This document shows, piece after piece, positions 1 through 10,046 of a DNA stretch of 64,000 nucleotides. Source of the DNA: an uncultured Actinomycetes bacterium. GTDB taxonomy: Bacteria; SZUA-79; Acidulodesulfobacterales; Acidulodesulfobacteraceae. Position 1 is the first letter of the stretch. The number at the start of each line of letters is the position of its first letter. The stretch is taken from positions 1 through 64,000 of the forward strand of contig CAZVZU010000008.1 in assembly GCA_964631685.1 (NCBI GenBank). The letters run 5' to 3'. Under the pieces are notes generated by a model. That model worked only from the letters and a program-made list of their open reading frames with translations, ran no database searches and was not told the DNA's origin. The position numbers were made by a program, and so were the translations under genes.

Positions 1-2897
1 GGGCATAAGAATGGGGAGTAAGTCATAAACCATGAATTGAACCTGCACACCGTGATTAAAAAGTTGCCTCAGATAAGCGGATTTGACGGCGTGGAGATTT
101 AACCCGAAAAAAATATCTCCTGGCTTGTAATCAATAGGTTCATCTCCTAAGTTATGCATCGGACAATGCATAAAGTTCATTGTAAACCCATGGGCGTACA
201 TGTAACCTCCATCTGTAGTAATGTATACAGGCTCTATGCGGTAGCCTTTGGGGGGATTTGCAAGTAGCTCCTTGAGGACGGATCGGGTAACCCTTTCTAT
301 TCCTGTTTTTAGATCAGTTTCCGCAATTGCGGAGATATCAACAAAAATCTGCTTCAAGCACGGTTTCGGTATGGCATTTAATGCGATCGAATGTGAGATG
401 TGTACCAGTTCCTCTTCAATATGATCCTTTTTGATACTTGCGGTTCCAAACTCATTAGCAATCTGCCTGGTAAGCTTGTATCGCGGCATATATCGGTAAA
501 TTTTTTCTATTGCGTCCCGATACCGAAGCGCGATAATCTCCGGTGAGTGAAATTCTTCTATGCGGCTCTTAGCCCTTTTAGAGAGTTCGTCTCTTTTCAT
601 TTTATCGCGATATAATCCTTCAAGCGCCTCTGCCAAATCATTGTCGGAAAATTTATCTTCAAGCATCAAGCAGGCATCCTTTGCAATCTCCGGCATGGAT
701 CCGTTTGCATTGACTATCGTGGGAATGCCGGAGGCCATGCAGTCCAGGACAGTTTTCGATGTTTCTCCGCGGGATACGGCGCGTAATTGAACCGCCATGT
801 CGCAGGCAGCAAGATAGGTTTTGAAAAGATCATTATCAACCCATCCCGTTATTTTTACCTTGACTTTTATCTTTGTTCGTTTTATTGCCGACATAATCTC
901 GTTCCCGTACCCGCTAGCGGGGTTTTCGCCAACAAAGACAAGTTTCGCATTTTTTTCCTTTGATAAGGGCGATGCCGCGAAGGCATCTAAGATCCTATGT
1001 GTCAATTTTTTAGGGCCTATCATACCGAAGCTGCATATCATAAAATCTTCATCTTTCAGCTTGAGCGTCCGCTTTGCTGCGTTTTTATCTGTATCGGCTG
1101 CCTGCGCCCTTAATTGCTGAATAATAGTCCATTTTTTCGTCTCGTCGCCGAACCATTTTACAGATAACTTGCGTGAAAACTCCGAATGGACTATCAAGCC
1201 GGTTGCATGCTGGATCACGCTTAAGCTACACGGATATTTATTAATGGTCTTTTCATGGCCGAAATCATAAAGATATTTCAGTGCCGAATATCCGTGAGAC
1301 ATATACAGCTCTTCAGAGAAAAAATTACCAGTATATTCATTGTGTTGCATATAGTAAATTAAACTTGACAAGTAAAAGTCGTGCAGGGTTACGACGCCCG
1401 GAAACTCCCTTAAAAGATCAAACATATGTGAGTGAAACGGGCTGTTTCCAAAGTGATATAAGAGTCTGTCATATTCATCGGAATGCAGCCTAAAGTACGC
1501 CGCATCTCTAATGGGCAGATCTTCTTTGATAAACATGTTGCCTGCTTTTTTCTGTTTCGAGATCACATCTATATCATAAAATTTTGAAAGATAGGGTAAA
1601 AGTTCTGCAGAATATGAAGAAATCTCGCTTTTTTCCGGAGGAATAGGGGAAAAATATGCAAGTTTCAGTTTTTTATGTTGAATGCCTGCGGAGGCGATCC
1701 CTTTTCGGCCTTCGGCATGTAGCGATTCAAGCGCTTCCGTTGCTATTTTAGCGCTTTTGTTCCATGAAAACTTCCCCGATTGATTTAAACCGTGTTCCTT
1801 AAGCCTATTCCTTAGCGCGTTGCTTGTCAAAACCTCTTTCATTTTAGATGAGATAGAATGAATATCTTTCGGGTCAAAAAGGGCGTCTTGTTCGCCTATA
1901 ACCTCTGGAATGCTGGTGGCATTTGAACCAATAACCGCCGCGCCGCAAGACATAGCCTCAAGCGCGGGTAGTCCGAAGCCTTCGCAGAGCGGTGGAAAAA
2001 CAAAAAGCGCGCACAAGTTATAAAGTTTTATGAGATCATCGTCGGCAATGTAACCCGTGAAGAGAACTTCATCGCGCTTTAACCCTGTCTTCTCAGAGAC
2101 GGAATAACCATCCGGTATCTTGCCCACAAGAACCATCTGATGATCTTTGTGTATGCTATTCGGCAGTTTTGCAAAGGCTTTGAGTAAGAGGTAAAGATTT
2201 TTCCTGTCATCATCGCCACCCGTATACATAATGAAATCTTTTCTTATTCCTAATTTTTCAAACAATTGATCTTTTTCATTTGCGGATATGTTCGTTTTTT
2301 TGAAAGCCGGGTCGCATGCTGCCGAGATATTGATAAGCCTTTTCCTATCAAGATTTAGTGCATCTGCGGCTTCTTTAGTCGTATATTCTGAAATCGCAAG
2401 ACATAGATGGGCTCTTTTTAAATATTCTATCTGCCTCAGATAGTGTTTCTTATGGGCAGGATCGGCAAGGTAATGCTCCTGGTCCATATACGGGATCAGA
2501 TCATAAAGGATAACAGCGGTTGGGATTTTATCGCCTATGGTGAGGACGACATTGTCATAATGCGATTCAAAAAGGCTTGAAATGAGGATCACATCCGGTT
2601 GAAGGCTTAAGATGAACGCATCTCTGATTCGTTCTACAACCCTTCTTTTCCAATCGTCACCATGTCCCGATACCGGCCAGGGCGCTTGCCATATTCTAAT
2701 GTTTTCTTGCGGCAAAAGGTTGCTAAACTCTGCGCGGATGGGCTCTATGGTGTCCGGAAAGAGCCCGTTTAAGACAATAATAATCTCATGTTCGCCGCGG
2801 TTAGAGGCGATTGCCTTTGTCAAAGACAGTGAATATCTCCCGATGCCCCTAAAGCGACTTTCAGCCTGAGCGCCCTGGAGATCAATTACGATACGCA

Positions 2898-2898
<1 letters not shown>
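1..2898 (-). CDS. Large multi-domain GT4 glycosyltransferase (WbdA-like O-polysaccharide polymerase), truncated at window edge
   Basis: ATG at 2898-2896 overlaps the gmd stop (TAATG). Manual translation gives MRIVIDLQGAQAESRFRGIGRYS..., first GT4 motif EGFGLPALEAM, second domain LAYFSPIPPEKSEISSYS...GETSKTVLDCM, third domain start IFVDISAIAETDLKTGIERV...MVYDLLP. The frame stays open to position 1. Confidence 0.85.
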
Positions 2899-3913
<1,015 letters not shown>

Positions 3914-4048
3914 GTTGTAAAATTAGAAGGTAAATCTCAGGCCTTTGATAGTCTTTTGCTTGCAAAAACCCTATTATATGTAAACTTCTTTTTAACTCGT
4001 CATTCTATATAATCTTTTATATTTTATCAACTATAAATAACCTATTAC

Positions 4049-5206
4049 CTACCTTAATCTTAGATAATCTATGTTCACCCTTGATCGCAGTTCGCATATT
4101 ATCTCTTCGGGACTAATCTTCTTCATGCACTCAAGGTGTTGACAAGAGCTTATTTTGTAAAACGAGCAGGGCGAACAGTCCATATCGGAAGAATGATGTC
4201 CGATATTATTGAACGGCAGAGAATTTATGGGGCTCGAATATCCGAAAAGACAGTAGGTATTGTGATTTACAAGCGAGGATATATGCATAAGTCCCGAATC
4301 TATGCAGATGTTTAAGGATGAATATTCAAGTATCTCCATCGCATTTTCTATGTTTTTAGTTTTTTTTACGCAAACGATATTTGCGTAGTCATAATCTAAA
4401 TCTTTTGAACTTAACCCGCCGCATAATGAGTCAAGGTATGCATAATCAGCCGGTCCGCCGAGTAAATTTATTTTGTATCCCGGGAAGTTTTTTATGATAA
4501 GGTTTATTAAACGGGTAGAGTTATCGCGCGGAAGCCTTCTATCCATGTTTCCGCCGCCGTTACTAGACAAAACAAGGCTGATAAACCGTTGTTTCTTTGC
4601 ATTGTTTTTAGTCTTTTCTGCAGGTTTCTGATGAAAAAAGGTAAATCTTTTTTCATCTGTAATGGGAAGAAAAGGCTTGATTATATGCAGATAGTTATCG
4701 AATATATGGATATTTTCCTCTATGCTAACAACGTAATCATAGCTTTTTTTTCTTACGCCGGCAGTATTGAATCCGGCCTTGTATGATTTTACAAATAAAA
4801 GCATTAATGGGATATTTACGGGCATTCCCGTAAAATCGAATATTATATCGTAACCCTCTTTTTTTATGTTTTTTACGGTTTGAAAATAACTTATGGGACT
4901 CAATGGTTTGAGTATCTTTAAGCCAAATTTGCATTGGTAGTCCTTAAACAATGGAAATAGGGGATTTCCTGCGGTAGAAAGAACATCTGTCTTTAGTAAC
5001 GGATACAGTGCATGAAGCCTATGAATTATTTCGAGCAGGTAAACTGAATCTCCCATACCCTCAAGCTTAATAAATAAGACCTTACGGATGGGTTTGCCAA
5101 GGAACGAAGGTGATTTTTTTCTCGATCTTAGGACGCGCAATATGATACCTAACGGAAGCGCGTTAATAAATTTTAAAAAAAAATCGTTTATTTTCTTATT
5201 ATTCAA
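4049..5206 (-). CDS. Glycosyltransferase family 9 (heptosyltransferase-like)
   Basis: KLEGMGDSV, CIDSGLMHIS, CLFG, C-terminal CSPC...C...CM motif typical of GT9. TTG start. Confidence 0.85.
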   Translation of the reverse strand: MNNKKINDFFLKFINALPLGIILRVLRSRKKSPSFLGKPIRKVLFIKLEGMGDSVYLLEIIHRLHALYPLLKTDVLSTAGNPLFPLFKDYQCKFGLKILKPLSPISYFQTVKNIKKEGYDIIFDFTGMPVNIPLMLLFVKSYKAGFNTAGVRKKSYDYVVSIEENIHIFDNYLHIIKPFLPITDEKRFTFFHQKPAEKTKNNAKKQRFISLVLSSNGGGNMDRRLPRDNSTRLINLIIKNFPGYKINLLGGPADYAYLDSLCGGLSSKDLDYDYANIVCVKKTKNIENAMEILEYSSLNICIDSGLMHISSLVNHNTYCLFGYSSPINSLPFNNIGHHSSDMDCSPCSFYKISSCQHLECMKKISPEEIICELRSRVNIDYLRLR

Positions 5207-5351
5207 GACTGTTTACCGGATTAGGTTCTTTGAGAGCAGACCGCTCTTTCCCTACCGGGTTATTATAAACTAATGGATAAAGGAAATAAACGATTTTCCT
5301 AAATTTTTTATCCGTATAAATGCCCGGCCGTTTTTTGGGACGGATTGATGT

Positions 5352-5726
5352 CTATATATTTATCCATAGAAATGCCCGTTTGCGCTCACTCGGATAGAAA
5401 CTCTTTATCTCGCCGCTGATCATCAGCGAGGCTACCTTTAATCCCCACTCAAACCATTTTGGCGCGCCGATTACCCCCATTTTTTCAAAATCGTTTCTAT
5501 GTTTAAGCCCGAAATATGCATCGTCCCACAGCGCCTTAGGTTCCCAACCATGAAACTTGTCGCCCATATCCAATAGGAGCCTCGCTTTGCCATGTTCGCG
5601 GATAATCGACTCCAAGCGCGGAATAAGTACGTCTTTGTAGTCCTCATCCGTTAATTTGCCTGATACGCTAAGTATAAGAATATTACCCTTGCTTTCCGGC
5701 AATGCCTTGATATTTATCCTGTCCAT
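5352..5726 (-). CDS. SpoIIAA-like (STAS/SEC14) domain protein
   Basis: SGKLTDEDY, GWEPKALWDD, H..FEKMGVIG..W pattern. GAGGGG RBS. Confidence 0.85.
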   Translation of the reverse strand: MDRINIKALPESKGNILILSVSGKLTDEDYKDVLIPRLESIIREHGKARLLLDMGDKFHGWEPKALWDDAYFGLKHRNDFEKMGVIGAPKWFEWGLKVASLMISGEIKSFYPSERKRAFLWINI

Positions 5727-5865
5727 TTTTATGCCCCCTCGTCAGTAATAACGTTTCTATTTTTTTATTCTATCAGATTTTTAGGTATTATCAAATATAT
5801 CACGTAAGTTCCGCAGAATAAAGTATTTTCGGGTAATCCATCTGGCAACGGTGATAAAAAATGTA

Positions 5866-5896
5866 TTGACAAATAGAGCCTTTTATTTGATATAAT
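5866..5896 (+). promoter_or_regulatory. Sigma70-type promoter (extended -10) for the DUF5714-like gene
   Basis: TGaTATAAT at 5888-5896. TTGACA at 5866-5871 (19-bp spacer). Confidence 0.6.
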
Positions 5897-5926
5897 TGCA
5901 CAGTGTCTATTGATCGAGGTAAGACA

Positions 5927-6853
5927 ATGAAAATACAACTTAGTGCGAATAAGGGCGAACAAGGAAGTTGCGGGGAAGTCCATACTTCCAATTGCTTGAT
6001 ATGCGGGCGAGGCCTTGAATATTTATCATCATCTGTGCCTTTGACTTGTTTTTATTGCGGCAAAAAGGAAAATGGTAATATTGTCTGCTCCTCGGGCGAG
6101 CCTCACTATGTTTGTGATAATTGCCATAACCTGTCTTCTTTTAATGCCATTAAAGAATACTTATCAGCTACCGATAAGACCGACCCGTTTAACATGATAT
6201 TTGATATTTTAAATAACCCTTCTATTCCTATGCTGGGTTGTCATCATGCTTATATGCTAACAGGTTCTATTCTAGTCAGCCTAAAGAACCGCGGCTATTC
6301 CGGTATATCCAATGCCCATATAGAAGAGGCGTTTCTGAGATTATCAAAACAGGCTGCCGGCGGCTATTGCGGGTTAAGCGGCGTATGCGGCATCGTTCCG
6401 GCAGGCGGAATCGTATATTCAATATTGACGGGTTCGGTGTGCGGAAAAAATAAAGAGCAAAAAATAACGATGAGGATTACAGCATTGTTATCTAAGGCCA
6501 TATATGACCTGACAGGGCCTTCCTGTTGCAAGGCTTATCTTTTTAAATCTACAGAAATATTGGTTTATTCCCTTTATGCTGATTTTAAATTTCTCTTGAT
6601 AGATGAAGACTTAACCATTAAATGTAAGTTTAAGGACGCGCACCCGCATGGATGCAGTCTTGAGAAATGTCCGTATTTTACGGGTTACGATATTAAAATA
6701 AAAGAATTAGAGCAAGCATACCAACGAGAAACGGATCTGCTTGGCGAGCCAGGGTTTATACATGAAGGTATCCATCTTAATTTAGACATGTTAGGGAATA
6801 AAATCGGAGAGGATAAGAATGAAGGTTCCGGCGCTCCGGCCGCTCCCTGCTGA
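5927..6853 (+). CDS. Cys-rich DUF5714-like protein (related to C-GCAxxG-C-C redox proteins)
   Basis: CLICG, CFYCG, HYVCDNCH, GCHH, GGYCGLSGVCG, GPSCCK, C-terminal C..C..CP. ATG 5927 follows a GAGGT RBS (ORF track starts at GTG 5903). Confidence 0.7.
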   Translation: MKIQLSANKGEQGSCGEVHTSNCLICGRGLEYLSSSVPLTCFYCGKKENGNIVCSSGEPHYVCDNCHNLSSFNAIKEYLSATDKTDPFNMIFDILNNPSIPMLGCHHAYMLTGSILVSLKNRGYSGISNAHIEEAFLRLSKQAAGGYCGLSGVCGIVPAGGIVYSILTGSVCGKNKEQKITMRITALLSKAIYDLTGPSCCKAYLFKSTEILVYSLYADFKFLLIDEDLTIKCKFKDAHPHGCSLEKCPYFTGYDIKIKELEQAYQRETDLLGEPGFIHEGIHLNLDMLGNKIGEDKNEGSGAPAAPC

Positions 6854-6861
6854 AAGTGACG

Positions 6862-6880
6862 TGTCTTAAGTTTTAAGACA
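6862..6880. other. Hairpin TGTCTTAA-GTT-TTAAGACA (SECIS candidate, terminator or operator)
   Basis: 8-bp perfect inverted repeat beginning 9 nt after the TGA at 6851-6853. Confidence 0.5.
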
Positions 6881-6908
6881 AAAAATTGGAGAATTTATTA
6901 TTCTGTTT

Positions 6909-6951
6909 TGTGATTTAAATCAATTTAATTGAGTTTCGCATTTGATAGACT
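6909..6951 (+). promoter_or_regulatory. CRP/FNR-family box with class II promoter for the DUF59 operon
   Basis: TGTGA-TTTAAA-TCAAT (6909-6924, centre 6916.5). Extended -10 TGaTAGACT (6943-6951) places the box at -41.5. Confidence 0.7.
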
Positions 6952-7032
6952 TGTACCCAAGGGCGCGAGGTATATTATAGATATATTTTTTAAAAATAAA
7001 TTTCATGGTCCTCTTAAATCGGAGGTTTATCA

Positions 7033-7350
7033 ATGGTTACATTTAAGGATAGCAAGAAGAATGATATTTTGGAAAAATTAAAAAAAATAATTGATCCTGA
7101 GCTTGGAATTAACATAGTAGATTTGGGTCTTATCTACAATGTCCGCGCAGACGATGACGGTAGCGTTAAGATAGATATGACCCTGACGGCTAAGGGATGC
7201 CCCATAAGTAATGTGATAAAATATGAGGTAGAAGAAGCCGTGAAAGGGATACGGGGCGTCGGTAATGTGGTTGTAAATTTTGTTTGGGAACCCAAGTGGA
7301 CGTCTGCAATGATACAATCAGATGCACTTAAAAGGCTTAACACTCACTAA
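7033..7350 (+). CDS. DUF59 / SufT-like metal-sulfur cluster assembly factor
   Basis: DPELGINIVDLGLIY...MTLTAKGCP...WEPKW. GGAGG RBS. Confidence 0.92.
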   Translation: MVTFKDSKKNDILEKLKKIIDPELGINIVDLGLIYNVRADDDGSVKIDMTLTAKGCPISNVIKYEVEEAVKGIRGVGNVVVNFVWEPKWTSAMIQSDALKRLNTH

Positions 7351-7423
7351 ATTATTACTAAGGGTTTAATGGCATTTTTAAGATACATGATACATAAAAC
7401 TTAACTATAACTATAAAACTAAG

Positions 7424-8692
7424 GTGAATCCTATGAATGCGACCGATACCTCTATTAATATATCGATAAGGCATATTAAAACAGCCCTTATATTTTTGCC
7501 CCTGTTCTTTTTGGTCATGTTGCTGGAATCAGGCAACTTTGGCATTTCTTTTTTTATGAATACGAGAATAATTTCGCTAACCCATATATTTACACTGGGT
7601 TTTTTGGTGATGGTCATTATGGGGGCGTCCTATATGCTTCTCCCCGTGGCGCTTGGCGTTAAAATCGCCTACGATAAGCTATTTTTTCCCGTTTACTATG
7701 CTTATGTCGTGTCTGTTTTGATATTTATAATAGGAATGTACTATTCCATATCCGCATTGATAGCATTGGGCGGGTCTTTGTTATTTATTTCCCTTCTACT
7801 TTATGACTTCAATGTCTTAGTAAGCTTGAAAAGGGTAAGAAAATGGGATTATTCGGCGTTAGGGATTGCTTTTGCCTATATCTATCTTTTTATCGGTTTA
7901 TCTATCGGGTTATATCTCGCGTTGTCCTTCCGCTTCCATATAGGCATTAATCTTTTCGATATCCTAAAAGATCATATTTATGTGATGTTTGTCGGCTTCG
8001 TTATCATGCTGTTTATAGCTATCGCATACAGGCTTCTTCCGATGTTTTATATGACTAAGACACCCGCTAAACCATTTTGGATTACCGATATTATATTGAT
8101 AAATCTCGGAATAATTGTCATAATAGCATCTTCTTTTTTTGGGGGCATTGTCAATGAATGCTTGACACTGGTCGGTAGTGGGGCATTATTTTTAGGAATA
8201 TTACTGTTTTGTTACATATTTTTTAGTCTTATGCTAAAAAGGCTAAAGAAAAAACTTGATATAACGACATTTTATATTTACAGTGGGATCATATTTTTGG
8301 TTGCTGCAATCATTTTAGGGGCTATTTTATTTTTTCTTCCAGAGAGCCTAAGAAGCTCTAGTTACGGCATAGGCTTGTATTATATGTTCGGATTTACGGC
8401 TCTTTTCTGTTTTTCCGGAATGATTATTATAGGTTTTTTGCATAAAATATTCCCATTCTTAATCAGTCTTAAGGTATTTGAGAAGGCCAAAAAAGGGGCA
8501 TACAGCAAGCTATTCAGCAATATGAAAACTAAGTATCTTGAACATATAATCTTTGCCCTTTTTTTAATCGGCGGGCTACTTGAGATGTTATCTTTGCTTT
8601 TAATTTATGCGATTATCATTAAGATAGCGACCATCATTCTTTTAGTATCTTCCGTATTGCTTCTTGTCCACATATTTTCGATGGAATGGTAA
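7424..8692 (+). CDS. Polytopic membrane protein (~12 TM), COX1/NnrS-like family found with DUF2249/DUF59
   Basis: Hydrophobic throughout. Three quasi-repeats: LTHIFTLGF..GASYMLLP, DHIYVMFVGF..AYRLLPMF, ..GFLHKIFPFL. Start may be ATG 7433. Confidence 0.7.
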   Translation: MNPMNATDTSINISIRHIKTALIFLPLFFLVMLLESGNFGISFFMNTRIISLTHIFTLGFLVMVIMGASYMLLPVALGVKIAYDKLFFPVYYAYVVSVLIFIIGMYYSISALIALGGSLLFISLLLYDFNVLVSLKRVRKWDYSALGIAFAYIYLFIGLSIGLYLALSFRFHIGINLFDILKDHIYVMFVGFVIMLFIAIAYRLLPMFYMTKTPAKPFWITDIILINLGIIVIIASSFFGGIVNECLTLVGSGALFLGILLFCYIFFSLMLKRLKKKLDITTFYIYSGIIFLVAAIILGAILFFLPESLRSSSYGIGLYYMFGFTALFCFSGMIIIGFLHKIFPFLISLKVFEKAKKGAYSKLFSNMKTKYLEHIIFALFLIGGLLEMLSLLLIYAIIIKIATIILLVSSVLLLVHIFSMEW

Positions 8693-8694
8693 TC

Positions 8695-8726
8695 CCCTTC
8701 CTAACCCACAAGGGATTAAGGAAGGG
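8695..8726. terminator. GC-rich hairpin between convergent genes
   Basis: CCCTTCCT(AACCC)-ACAA-(GGGATTA)AGGAAGGG between stops at 8692 and 8745. No clear U-tract. Confidence 0.45.
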
Positions 8727-8744
8727 CGTGTATTTATCTGCCGG

Positions 8745-9281
8745 TTATTTCCATATCTTTATAGTATAAAGGTCGCCGCCGATCTCTTCGGTTAAGAATT
8801 TGTATCCTGCGTCTTTAAGCCTTGGGTATAAATGTATAGGCTTTCTTTCGTGCGTGATATATAACGCTTCGTCCGGTTTTAAGCTTTCTAGAACTTCAAA
8901 TATTTTTAAAAGAGGCTGCGGAGGTTCTAATCCCCGGACGTCCAACTCAATGCTGTTTAAATGGGCTAAATTTTTAAGATCGTTATCATTAAAATTAAAT
9001 TCATCCGTATCCTCAGAAATAGTAGTAGTGGATCCTTTAACTCCATTTCTAAAAAAAACAATCTGAAAGCCCTCGGGTATTTTGTTTGTTGTATGATCAA
9101 AACCCTTGTTTTTTAAGACTGAGTATAGAGGAAAAGGCTCGAAACTGTTTGTTAAATACAAGGCTTCATTTTCCTTTAAGGCGTTTACGGCCGTCATTAT
9201 TTTTTCAAACGGATCCGCTCCGTTTTTGATATCGTCTCTAACGTCTAACTCGACCCGTTCTAATCCATCTATATTGTTCAT
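8745..9281 (-). CDS. Tandem DUF2249 domain protein (TusA/SirA-like fold)
   Basis: Two repeats: LDVRDDIKNGADPFEKIM...NSFEPFPLY and LDVRGLEPPQPL...HERKPIHLYPRL. Confidence 0.85.
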   Translation of the reverse strand: MNNIDGLERVELDVRDDIKNGADPFEKIMTAVNALKENEALYLTNSFEPFPLYSVLKNKGFDHTTNKIPEGFQIVFFRNGVKGSTTTISEDTDEFNFNDNDLKNLAHLNSIELDVRGLEPPQPLLKIFEVLESLKPDEALYITHERKPIHLYPRLKDAGYKFLTEEIGGDLYTIKIWK

Positions 9282-9304
9282 GGCAAATTCTCCCTTTTGT
9301 GAAT

Positions 9305-9796
9305 TTATTTAATATTCCTCATTTTTTCCATTATCGACTCTTTTTCATCTGTAGATAATTGCATATCGGCCATGTTAAATAAGATGTGGTCCTCTTTATC
9401 AATATGTTCTGATAAAAGTGCGATAAATGAATCTCCTGCCGATATCATATCTTTATAAACACTGCTTGTCTGATACTCCTTTATTGAATTTTTGAAATTA
9501 TCCGAAAGTTCCCTGCTGTTTTTATGCTCTATTAGCATGACATGGATGGGTCCTGTTTCTATACCCACATAGTTACCCAAAACAGGGAATAATGCGTCTT
9601 CTTCCTTTTTGAAATGGATTTCCAAGTCCTTATCAATAAAAGCGGTTATTTCGTTTATCTGGCTAACAAGATTTTTTCTCAAGCTATCAGAAGATGCCGC
9701 ACCTATTTTTTTCAAATATCCGTCAAGATTATTCAAAACTCCTCTTACAATTTCATGATCGCTTCTCAGCGACATAATTGGATCTAGCGTATCCAT
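9305..9796 (-). CDS. Hemerythrin/HHE di-iron domain protein
   Basis: DHEIV, HFKKEEDALFP, MLIEH, EHIDKEDHILF ligand pattern. Confidence 0.9.
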   Translation of the reverse strand: MDTLDPIMSLRSDHEIVRGVLNNLDGYLKKIGAASSDSLRKNLVSQINEITAFIDKDLEIHFKKEEDALFPVLGNYVGIETGPIHVMLIEHKNSRELSDNFKNSIKEYQTSSVYKDMISAGDSFIALLSEHIDKEDHILFNMADMQLSTDEKESIMEKMRNIK

Positions 9797-9869
9797 AAAA
9801 ACCCCTTATTTTAAATTATTAAATTTGATATATCCTGTTGTCGTGTGCTGAATTCTACAAGTTAGTAAA

Positions 9870-9912
9870 ATTGTATCATATAACAGTGCAATTTCTAGTG
9901 ACAAAAATCACA
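9870..9912 (-). promoter_or_regulatory. CRP/FNR-family box with class II promoter for hemerythrin-DUF2249
   Basis: Minus strand TGTGA-TTTTTG-TCACT (9912-9897, centre 9904.5). Extended -10 TGaTACAAT (9878-9870) places the box at -41.5. Confidence 0.7.
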
Positions 9913-9970
9913 CAATCTAAAACAAAACAATGCAAACTAAGCCTTGGCATGTACAAATTCCGTAAAATTA

Positions 9971-9979
9971 TGATACAAT
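9971..9979 (+). promoter_or_regulatory. Extended -10 element for the lbpA-like operon
   Basis: TGaTACAAT about 70 nt upstream of ATG 10047. No clear -35. Confidence 0.45.
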
Positions 9980-10046
9980 CATTGTAGCATATGCCGAACT
10001 AATCGCATAATAAATAAACAGTTAGATTATTACAGGGGATGAGTGA

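Noticed and set aside
560..2869. Short plus-strand ORFs (560-790, 821-1120, 1281-1493, 2612-2869)
   Set aside because: They are antisense shadows of the long minus-strand glycosyltransferase and show no motifs.
7424..8692. Functional cytochrome c oxidase or NO reductase subunit
   Set aside because: The complete heme/CuB histidine set is not visible and no partner subunits are adjacent.
9944..9961. Sigma54 promoter (TTGGCA...) before lbpA
   Set aside because: There is no TTGC at the -12 position.
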